This document shows positions 53,400 to 64,000 of a DNA stretch of 64,000 nucleotides, piece after piece. The notes beneath the pieces are model-generated. The model saw nothing but the letters and a program-made list of their open reading frames with translations, was not told where the DNA came from and made no database searches. This DNA comes from the human T2T-CHM13v2.0 reference genome, Homo sapiens, in the NCBI RefSeq assembly GCF_009914755.1, contig NC_060944.1, one strand, 5' to 3'. The position numbers and the translations under genes are program-made. Within the stretch, counting starts at the first letter, position 1; each line of letters opens with the position of its first letter.

Positions 53400-53800
53400 A
53401 TGTTTATTTATATATGTACTATAATGTAGTACATATTTACCACATATACCATAATATATGTACTATGTGTATTATATGTATAGTACATATTAAGCATATA
53501 TACCATAATATATACATACATTATGAACATAATACATATGTGCATATATTTGTACATATGTATTATGTTCATAATATATGTATATATTATGGTATATGGT
53601 AATGGTATGGTATATGGTATATGGCAATATGGTGTGTGGTAATACATATGTACAAATATATGTACATATGTATTATGTTCATAATATATGTATATATTAT
53701 GTATATATATACATACATACTATTATGTATGTTACACACATACATAATATATGTACATATGTACTATACCATAATATAGTACATATTTACCATAGTCCAT
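53400..53800. repeat. AT-rich low-complexity tract with palindromes
   Basis: Arms 'attatgaacataatacatatgt' and 'acatatgtattatgttcataat' around about 53547, plus direct repeats. Confidence 0.9.
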
Positions 53801-56724
53801 TTTCAAATATTATTTTATATCTATGATAATGACATTACAATGATGTACTTCCAGATCTACCCTCTCAGCCTTTATGCATTGTTGTCACATTATTTTTACA
53901 AATGTTATAAACCGTAGATTACATTGATATTATTTTTGTGTTAAATACTTACCTTTAAAAGGTAAGAATCCTATGTCTTCAAAAATCAGTTGTATTTCCA
54001 TGAATGCTGACTGAGCAAAAAATCTTTGCATTAAAACGTGAGTTAGGTTGAATAGACAGATAGGTAGATATAGATATGTACATACATACATATGTGTATA
54101 TAAACCCTTGCATATATATGTATATATTTGTATGTATGTGTATAGACATTTATTACTGACTTACACTCTGGTTTACTAGGCATAACTTATAAAATAAGTA
54201 ATTAATATGTGTAATACATTGGTTATACACAGATGAAAATATCCCCAAAACACATACAATTATATTTAAAATATTAAAATGTTCTAAAAAGGTACTTCTT
54301 AATTTCTAAAAAAGAACTCCTTTTTCTGGTACTCTAAAAAACAGTTATTAATATCGACTATATCAAGTATCTTTCACTTCAATATTTATTTTTTCTTTGA
54401 CTAGGTTTATGGAAATCAGCTGGGGATTTTTTTTTAAGCAAAGTTTTACGATTAACTCCGCCTTTTTTCGCCTAAATAATACATCTGGCTTCCAGATTTC
54501 CAACTTCTTATTCCTACAAGTCACCTAGTCATTAACTGAAACATTAAATTGGTCAACAGTACCAAATAAATACAATATTATTTATTTTTGTTAGACCTAC
54601 AAAATATTTAAAAGGCTAATACAATAATAAAATAAATAAACTTGAATTTTGACTGTAAAACTAATAGAGCATGAAACACAGTATCTTTAATTTGGAAATA
54701 TAATTCTCAGGGCAAAAGCAATTCTTCAGGAAAGTGAGGAAAACATTGCTCAGAATCTGCCTTCTGTAAATAGTCCAGGCGGAGGAATGAGCCGGTTGTA
54801 TTAAAGTTTCTCCATTCGAAGCAGGTAGCCCTTATCAGCCATTTTAAATCCATAGAATAAATGGAGTTGGGTCTGCCAACTTATTTTCTGTCCTGGAAGC
54901 AACTATCACATCCCAGTGGTTACTGGTTCTGACTGGCAATGCATGTTAAATGTAGTGATTAATTAACATTTTAAAACCGATGTGTACTCTCACTTTCTTA
55001 GAAACTTCATCTAAAAAGCCTGACTTTGCACAGCGGAAAGCAAAAATCATCATTAAAATAACCAAGGCTGCTCGTAGACAGAAATGTTCTCATCCCGGAA
55101 GCTTTTCCCCACCCAGATACACTGCAAGTCTGTGTGATCACAATAAGTAGACATTTCTCCCCCAGGCCTCAGACTCCCTTACCTACGCTTCTGTTTTGGT
55201 GGGGCTGGGGTTGAATCTGATTATCTGAATGATGAATGGAGGTTCCAAGTTATCCTCATGAGTAGTTTGGAATTGGTGTTTTAGGGACTTGCTCTTACAT
55301 GGGCAGGAACCACATCAAGATTTCACTTGCGTCCTGAAATGTACAAATAAGCAATACCAAGAAAGAGTCTTTGCTACTCAGTCAGCAGTCAGTAAAACCA
55401 CAACTCTTGGGTTGGGGATTTTCTGGATTAGAAGGTATTTCTCACTAGACCAAAGACTGCATTTATTGGGCAAAACAGTTTTTATTTTAGCTCTGGTCCT
55501 GGCTGAATGCACTGGTCACTCCACTTGGACATACTTTGATTCCCTGAAAGCAACTCATTCTCCCTGGTAAACACGATGCTTGTGCAAGTTCACAGCTCCT
55601 TAATGGTCAATCTGTTTATGTTATGGGATAAGCAAATCTGAAAACACAACAGTGGTCACTAAGGGCCTTCAAGAGTCCCTAGACATATGGTATCTGCTCA
55701 CTGGAAATGTCCTCTTGGAAAGAGAGAGAGAAAGAGGTGAATGCTGTCATGGTAATAATGCATTTTTTACCAAACATTTTGCAGTAGTGGAATATTTTGA
55801 CTGCTTTGGAGTTTAGCCACCTTCTTTAGAGAAATGCACAATGCAGAACAGGTGAAGAAACATTTTCATCCATTATAGGGGTTGCAAGAAATAGAGTCAA
55901 AATTCAGTCTGCATTCAGAAAAAGAAGTAAAAATTTTGCCAAGATTAATTGCTGGAGACAAGATACGCTGTTAATAAAAGTGCTGTAAATGAAGATTATC
56001 AGAGTATCAGTTTCCTACTCTGCTTTAGAACTTAGCCCAAGGACACAAGCAGACTCCTAAAAATGAGTTTTAATAACTTTCTTTTTTGCTTGTGTTAGTC
56101 TGTAGGCAAAATTTTGTAGTTTTAATAATAATCTCTGACAGTAATAAGTTCCTCTAGTGTTTATACCTCCCTAACAGTACATGGCTATAATTACTGTAGC
56201 AGGAAATTTAATAAGTCTCAGAAAGTGGAATAAATATGATGTTGTGTTTTCTGAAAAATATTAATCCCCCTCTCTTTGTGTTTTCGTTATTTGAGATTTT
56301 TGATCAGGAATACTGTCTCCAGTGCCCCTTTGCCTGGCGAGGAGTGAGGTGCATGGGCAGAGATGTGGTAGTACATCTTCACCACTGAAGACATTTCCTT
56401 TCTACTTTATTCCCTCTTTTAATGAAGGATTGCTCACCATTCTCACATAATTCAGCGTCTCCCCAGATATTATCAGGCTAATTGTGAAATGCCTCACATC
56501 TCTATATTGGGTTAAAAAATGCATTACTTAGATTAATTTTGCCTGCTTCTTAGTCACTTATAAAAGCTAAAGCCCCGCAGTCATCATCGCCCCCTTCTCC
56601 TCCGCAGATCATCCGTTGTGTACCAATCCTCAGGCATGGCTTTCCCATCTTCCCCACCTCACTGGCATCTGTTCTCAAACCCTTTTACTGACTTCTTCTC
56701 CATCCAACTTGTAAATCTTGTAAA

Positions 56725-56943
56725 TCACTGAATCAGGGGCAAAATCTCCCCCAGGAGACACGTGGCAAGGCCTGGGACATTTTTGTGTTTGCTGTCACAT
56801 TTCAGAATGGGGTGGAGAGGAACTCCTGGCATCTAATCGTGGAGGTCAGGGATGGTGTAGAGCGTCTTGCAATGCAAAGGACAGCTCTCATCACAAAGAA
56901 ATATCCACCCAAATATCAGTCGCGCCACGGCTGAGAAATCATG
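56725..56943 (+). mobile_element. MER20 (hAT-Charlie)
   Basis: 'ctcccccaggagacacgtggcaaggcctgggacattttt...cctggcatcta...cacaaagaaatatccacccaaatatcagt...gctgagaaa'. Flanks ttgtaaat/ctgtaaat are TSD-like. Confidence 0.85.
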
Positions 56944-56949
56944 CTGTAA

Positions 56950-57260
56950 ATGTTGAACTCTCCCAGAGCTCTATTCCAAGTCTTCCCCTACCTGTACATT
57001 CTTCTACACTATTTCCAGTCTCCTGCTTTATGTATCACTCACTCGTGGGTGACTCCCAAATATGTCTCCAGCCTTGGTCTCTCACAGATCACTGGATTCC
57101 ATATCCAACTCTATTCTTGTTATCTCCCTTTGTGTGTCCATTAGGGACTTCAAACTTACAGTGACCAAAATAGATTCCTTAACTTTGACCTCACAATCCA
57201 CATCTCCCTGGTATTCATCATTTTCATAAATGGCACCAACATTTACTCAGTTGCTCAAGC
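56950..57260 (+). mobile_element. L2 fragment (continues about 60990-61750)
   Basis: 'gtgactcccaaatatgtctccagcc...catatccaact...aaatggcaccaacatttactcagttgctcaagcc'. Confidence 0.8.
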
Positions 57261-57484
57261 CTGAGCTATCCAATATGGCAGCCATCAGCCCTATGTAGAC
57301 ACTGAACTCTTGAAATATGGCTGGTCTGAATTGGAAGGTGCTGGAAGTGTAAAATGATCATGGAATTTCAAAGACTTAGTATAAAAAAGAAGGTGATATA
57401 TCTCATCAATAATTTTTAATTTTTAGATATCAATTGTATATTGGGATGATAATATTTTGTGTATGATGGATTAATAAAATATTA
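57261..57484 (-). mobile_element. MER33, first part (remainder about 60890-60990)
   Basis: 'gctatccaatatggcagcca...ttgaaatatggctggtctgaattgg...ttcaaagacttagtataaaaaag' is the MER33 reverse complement. The rest, 'atttcacctgattc...aatgtggccact', follows the L1. Confidence 0.8.
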
Positions 57485-60400
57485 CACAGGTGGATTCAGA
57501 GGAGATGGGAGAGCAGCAAGCACCAAGACACTGTCTGCCCATCTAGACAACCTTGCATTGTCAGAATCTGTCTGATGTGAGTATTTGGGGACTCTGGAGT
57601 TGAACGAAGGCTTGCAGCTTCCAGGGGAAGGCGTGGATGGGAAAGTGTGGCTATTTTCAGTCAATTTGAGTTCTTACCACAGTACAGTATGAGGTACCCA
57701 TTTCCCACTCTGAATTCTATGACAGGCAGATAGGTATCATGAGTATCTTCTCTCACCCAAGTGGGATAAAGTTAGAAATCAATACAGAAGTAAAACTGCA
57801 AAATTTATACATTTGTGGATTAAACACACAGACAACCAATGGATTACAAAAGAAATCACAAGATTCATTTATAAAAATACTTATAGATGAATGAAAATAA
57901 AAACACAACATACTAAACTGTGGGATGCAGGGAAAGTGATGCTGTGGGGAAATTTATAGCTGTAGATGTTTCCATTAAAAAAAAGCAAGATTTAAAATCA
58001 ACACCCTAGTTTAAAATGTAAGGAACTAGAGAAAAGAACAAACTAAACCCAAAGCTAGCATAGGGAAGAAAATTATAAACATTAGGGCAGAGATAAACAA
58101 AATAGAGACTAGAAAAATAATAAAGAAAATGAATAAAGCCAAAAGTTGGTTCTTTGAGAAGAGCAATAAAATTAACAAACTTTTAGCAAGCTCAACTAAG
58201 AAAAAAGAGAGTAGACTCAAATTATTAAAATCAGAAAGGAAAGCAAGGATATCACAACCAATTTTCCAGAAATAAAAAGGATTATAACAAAGTACTTATA
58301 TGGAAAATTGTATGCCAAGAAATTGGTAACATACATGAAATGGACAAATTCCTAGAAACACAAAACTTGCCAAGACTAAATTATGAAGAAATAGAAAATC
58401 TGAACAGACCTATACGTAGTAAAGAGACTGAATCAGTAATCCCAAATTTTCTGACTTCACTGGTAAATTTTATCAAACATTTAAAGAAGAACTAACATCA
58501 GTCTTTATCAAACCTTTCTAAAATATTGAAGAGGAGAAAACACTTCCTAATTCATTATACGAGGCTAGTATTAGCCTGATACTAAAGCCAGACAAAGAAA
58601 TTACAAGAAAAAACAAAATAACAACAACAATAACAGACAACTATAGACCAATATGTCTTATAAATATTAGGGCACAAATCCTCAACAAAATACCGTCATG
58701 TACCACTAAATAATGAGGTTACATGCTGAGAAATGTGTCATTAGGTGGTCTTGCCATTGTGTAAACATCATATAATATACTTACACAAACCTAGATTGCA
58801 TAGCCTACTACACACCTTTGCTGTATGGTATAGCCTATTACATCTGTGCCAAAACTCTGTGCAGAATGTTACTGTACTGAATGTTGTAGGCAATTGTAAC
58901 ACAATGGTAAGTGTTTGTGTATGTAAATATAAAAATGTATAGTAAAAATATGATATTATAATCTTACAGGGCCATTGTTGTATATGTGATCCACTGTTGA
59001 CCAAAGTGTTATGACACACGTGACTGTACTAGAAAAGTGACTTCATCATCAAATAAAAAGGCTTATATACCATTACCAAATGGTATATATTCCTGGAATG
59101 TAAGGATGTTTCAACTTATGAAAATCAATCAATGTAGTAGTATACCGCATTAACAGAATGGAGAGGAAAATACTCACAATCTTCTCAATTGATGAAGAAA
59201 AACATTTGACAAAATTCAACATCAATTCATGATTAAAATGCTCAATAAACTAGGGTTACAGGAATCTACCTCAACATAATAAAATCCAAATGTGAAAAAC
59301 CGACAGCAAACATCATACTCAATGGTAAAAGACTGAAAGCTTTTCCTATAAGATCAGAAACAAGGTAAGGATTCCCATTCTCACCACTTCTATTCAACAT
59401 AGTACTAGGATTTCTACCCAGAACAATTAGGCAAGAAAAAGAAATAAAAGGCATTCAAACTGGAAAGGCAGAAGTAAAATTATCACTGTTCACAGATGGT
59501 ATGATCTTATTCATAGAAAACCCTGAAGATTCCACACACAAAAATGGTCAGAGCTAATAAATAAATTCAGCAAAGTTGCAGGATACAAAGACAACACACA
59601 AAAATCGTTTGCATTTTTATACACTAACAATGAGCAATCTAAAAAGCAAACTACAGAAACAGTTCAATTTACAATCATATCAGAAAGAATAAAATGCTTA
59701 GAAATAAAACTAGGAGATAAAAGACTTGTACAATAAAAACTACAAAACATTACTGAAAGAAACTAAAGAAGACATAAAAGGAAATGCATCCTATTATCAT
59801 GAATTAGATCCTCACGCAGAGAGCCTTTAAGGAAATGAATGAGATCCCATCTACCTACTCGTGTTCTTTTTGGCTCTGCTATTCATTCTTGAAACCCAAG
59901 GTAACAGCTTGCTTCAATAATTTGTGGTTTGGTGTGAGCTGGCTTCCTTGTCCCACAGCTGGGCATTTGGTTCATGGCTCTCTACAGCTATCTGGTGCGA
60001 GTGTATGATATGGATGGACCCACTAAAGAAGATAACTGATGTGATTTCATATTGTTAAGATGTCAGTACTACCCAAAGCAATCTACAAATTCAACAAAAT
60101 CCCTAGCAAAATTCCAATTTTTTTTCAGAAATAGAAAAACCCATCCTAAGATGTATATAGAATCTCAAGGAACTCCAAATAGACAAAATCTTGGTAAAGA
60201 AGAACAAAGCTGAAGGACTCATACTTCCTTATTTCAAAACTTACTACAGTAATCAAAACAGTTTAGGAGTGTAAAACATATAGACCAATGGAATAAAATA
60301 GAAAACATAAATTATAAATAAACCCTCAGATATATGATCAGGTGACAAGGGTCATTTTTGACAAGGGAGCCAAGATCATTCAATGGGGGAAAGGACTACA

Positions 60401-60875
60401 TTTTCAACAAATGGTGCTGGGAAAGCTGGATATCCACATGCAAAAGAATGAACCCTTATCTAACAGTATACACAAAAATTAACTGAAAATGGATCAAAGA
60501 TTTAACTGAAACACCTAAAACTATAAAACTCTTAGAAGAAAACTTAGGCCAAAAGCTTTGTGACAAAGGATTTAGCAATTATTTCATGGATATGATATCA
60601 AAGGCATAGACAAAGAAAAAAATTGACAAATAGGATTTCATAAGACAAATTATAATGATGGTTGATTGAGGCTGGGGGAAGGGAAAAATAATAAGTTATT
60701 TTTTAATGGGCATGGATTTCAGTTGTACGAAATAAAGAGTTATAAAGATGGATGCTGGTCATGGCTGCACAACACTATAAATGTGTTTAATACCAATGAA
60801 CTGCACACTCAACAATGGCTAAGATGACAAATCTTATATACTTTAACACAGTTAAACATTGGAAAAAGTTAAATT
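57485..60875 (+). mobile_element. L1MB-type LINE-1 with large internal deletions
   Basis: Degenerate ORF2 (EN end, Z region, RT) from about 57740 to 60640 and an L1MB 3' UTR at 60645-60870. 57485-57730 resembles an old L1 5' segment. Confidence 0.85.
58693..59026 (-). mobile_element. Tigger3a (MER7-type TcMar MITE) inserted in L1 ORF2
   Basis: TIRs 'c-gtcatg...gtgactg' with TA TSDs at 58691-58692 and 59027-59028. Internal 'tacttacacaaacctaga...tagcctactacacacct'. Confidence 0.9.
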
Positions 60876-61751
60876 CAAAGGCAATGTTATAAAAATACAT
60901 TTATTATACTTTATTTCACCTGATTCTTTTTAATTTTCTTAATGTGGCCACTGGCAAACATAATTACCTTATATTTCTGCTGAACAGCTCTACTCCAACC
61001 AATGCTCATACCATTTCATCAACAATTCATCAACTTCATTTTGGCTTCACCCCCCAAGCTCATCTTAAATGCCGCACTTCTATATCCTCACCACCCCCAC
61101 CAGGGCCAACGCTAACATAGTCTTCTGCTCAGCTATTGAAGGAGCCTAATAAGCCTTCTCCTCGCTTTTCATTTTGTCCACATGCCAGCCAGAATGCTCT
61201 TTTAAAAGCTTATGTCAAGTAATGCCGCTCTCCTGGTTAAAGCCCTGCAACGGCCCTCACATAACACAAAATATCCAGTTACCTTGACTGGTGTCCAGAG
61301 TCCTGCATCACCTGTTCTGCCTTATTCTCCCATCTCACCTCTCAACACGCTGCCTAATGCCCACATTATTCTAAACACCTTGGTCTTTTGCTTGCCTCCA
61401 GGACTCACCAAAGAACATTTGCTCTTTCAAGTCTTTGCATTAGCTGATCTCGCTTCCTAAAATGTTATTTTCCATGATCACTGAATGCTGGATCCATTTT
61501 GTTTCCAAATATCAGTTTAAATGACATATTAAAAACTTCACATTAAAGTCTAACTTGAACACCTAATAGAAAATCACCACTCAACCCCTCAAGTGCTCTC
61601 TTGTGACATCAAAGTATCTTCTGTAGTGGCAGTTGACATCTGTCATCATTTTTGTTTCCTCCACAGAGCTCTCTATGAGAATAAAAACTTCTTGCTCACC
61701 TCCATATTCCCAACATTAATTGGAACATAAAAGGTACTTAAAAATACTTTG

Positions 61752-61820
61752 TTTTTTTTTAATTATACTTTAAGTTCTGGGGTACATGTGCAGAACGTGC
61801 AGATTTCTTACATAAGTATA
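61752..61820 (-). mobile_element. Inverted L1PA7 extreme 3' end with poly-T
   Basis: 'tttttttttaattatactttaagttctggggtacatgtgcagaacgtgcag' is the reverse complement of the L1PA7 terminus. Confidence 0.93.
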
Positions 61821-61829
61821 AAAAAATAA

Positions 61830-62623
61830 GACATGCAGCCAACAAACATATGAAAAAAGCTCATCATCACTGGTCATTAGAGAAATGCAAATCAAAACCA
61901 CAATGAGATACTATCTCACGCCAGTTAGAATGGCGATCATTAAAAAGTCAGGAAACAAGAGATGCTGGAGAGGATGTGGAGAAATAGGAACGCTTTTACA
62001 CTGTTGATGGGAGCATAAATTAGTTCAACCATTGTGGAAGACAGTGTGGAGATTCCTCAAGGATCTAGAACCAGAAATACCATTTGACCCAGCAATTCCA
62101 CTACTGGGTATATACCCAAAGGATTGTAAATCATTCTACTATAAAGACATATGCCCACGTATGTTTATTGCGGCACTGTTCACAACAGCAAAGACTTGGA
62201 ACCAACTCAAATGCCCATCAATGATAGACTGGATAAAGAAAATGTAGCACATATACACCATGGCATACTATGCAGCCATAAAAAAGGATCATGTCCTTTG
62301 CAGGGACGTGGATGAAGCCGGAAGCCATCATTCTCAGCAAACTGACACAAGGACAGAAAACCAAACACCACATGTTCTCACTCATAAGTGGGAGTTGAAC
62401 AATGAGAACACATGGACACAGGGAGGGGAACATCACACACCAGGGCCTGACAGAGGGTGGGGGGCAAGGGGAGGGATAGCATTAGGAGAAATACCTAATG
62501 TAGATGATGGGTTGATGGGTGCAGCAAACCACCATGGCACATGTATACCTATGTAACAAACCTGCACGTTCTGCACATGTATCCCAGAACTTAAAAGTAT
62601 AATAAAAAATTTAAAAAAAAAAA
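61830..62623 (+). mobile_element. 5'-truncated L1PA7
   Basis: PA7-type 'ctagaaccagaaatacc', 'cctaatgtagatgatgggttgatgggtgcagcaaaccaccatggcac', ending in poly-A. Confidence 0.93.
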
Positions 62624-63759
62624 CTTTCTAAAGCCACCTTGTCAAATTGTAGTCAAACTCTGGGAAGTTTAGTAAACCCAGAATTTCCTTAAACAGAAAT
62701 ATGCTGTCAAATATTTCACTCTCTTAATCCCCTTATAAACATGCGTCTATCTTTTTTTCTTAATCCTCTTCCCCTCCAGCTCTTACTTGATCTCTCTCCC
62801 TCCCACTCTGGGATAGCTTTCTCAAAGGTAGTCTACACTCTGCCTTCTCATCAATTTCCATTTCCTTCCTAGTTTATTCCACTCTACTGTTCTTCTGTCA
62901 CCTAGGCTGAATCCCATAGGCATTTTGTGGAATTTCTCGTTGCTTAATTCTTCTGCACCACTTGTTGATCATTTCTTTTTTTAAGCATTGTTACCTCGCT
63001 TTTGTTCTTCTCTACCTCTGTGCTTGAGATTCTCCATTTGCATCTTCTGATTCACTCTTTCCCTTTCTCTTCCTGCTTGGGCAGTGCCACAGGTGCTGGC
63101 CCTATGGATGGCATCTACTGATCACCCTTGCCCTCTGGTCTTCTGTTGGGTTCCAGCCATGGGGGTGGGGATACTAGTAGATGGGATAGTGGGAGGAGGG
63201 AGAAGCTGAGGTATTGATCCTTCTGGTTCTGCCCAGTCTAGTTCACAGCAGTGCCTGTTTTCCTGCATCAAAGACCAACACTCTTTGTGGGCTTCTCTCC
63301 CCAACATCTACATTTCTCTCTGGGTTCCAGGAGATACCCCCTTTGTTTGCCCTTCAGAACAGTTGATGGGCATGCTCCCCTGCTGGTGCTCCCCAACGCT
63401 TCCTCTTACCTTGCTCACATCCTTGCAGTCTCTTCGTCAGCTCCATCTGTTTCCTGTGGGTATCTTGATTAATATAGTCTCCTTGGCATGTTACTCTTTC
63501 TTCAAGAACCTGAAAGGTTGGTTTTCCCCAGTGTTTCATCTTCTATCTTTCATAGTCACAGGGTCTCAAGTATTGTTTGTGAATCTTTGTCTCCTAAAGT
63601 TGCAATGATCATGGATAAGCTGATGATTTTCAAATTTTTATTCTCATTTCAAAACTCCCTTTTGCCATTCAGTCATTTGTATATAATTGCCAGGTACATT
63701 CCTTTAATGTGTCCTGAAGGGAGGACATGATAGGAAAACAGATATTTTTCCAAAGTAAG

Positions 63760-64000
63760 TGTATTAATCCATGTTCACATTGCTATAAAGAACTACCTGA
63801 GACTGGATAATTTATAAAGAAAAGAGGTTGAATTGACTCACCCTTTCCATATGACTGGGGAGGCCTCAGGAAACTTACAATCATGGCAGAAGGCAAAGGA
63901 GAAGCAAGGCACGTATTACAAGGAAACATGAGGAGAAAGCAGGTAAAGAGGGAAGTGCTACACTTTTAAACCATCAGATCTCATGAGAACTCACTATCAT
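63760..64000 (-). mobile_element. THE1D/MSTA MaLR LTR (runs off the window end)
   Basis: 'tgtattaatccatgttcacattgctataaagaactacctgagactgg...ggaaacttacaatcatggcagaaggc'. Confidence 0.9.

Noticed and set aside
53375-53826. Tyr/Ile/Met-rich ORFs
   Set aside because: Translations of AT-rich low-complexity repeat.

Overview
Primate (hominoid-like: AluY, AluS, AluJ, L1PA2/3, L1PA7, THE1, MLT2A2) non-coding genomic DNA, probably intronic or intergenic. I found no intact, recognisable protein-coding gene, tRNA, rRNA or CRISPR array. The only long protein-like ORFs are disabled LINE-1 ORF2 fragments. Much of the window is interspersed repeats, including a nested L2 > MER33 > L1MB > (Tigger3a plus an unexplained 240-bp insert) stack at about 57-61.7 kb. 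There is also a 1.45-kb G-rich minisatellite with a higher-order duplication, and a 97-bp (CA)n tract. The most interesting signal is a set of TE-poor blocks between 15.4 and 32.2 kb that read on the minus strand like decayed Ser/Pro/Glu-rich coding exons. They show long frames broken by single frameshifts or CGA>TGA/CAG>TAG-type stops, plus minus-strand splice sites, and may be remnants of a lost gene or lost giant exons. This is an inference and needs a homology search. The window also holds several repair or replication scars: templated insertions, a 205-bp inverted duplication, and an L1PA7 with an inverted copy of its own 3' end. Repeat subfamily calls come from recalled consensus motifs, not from a RepeatMasker run.
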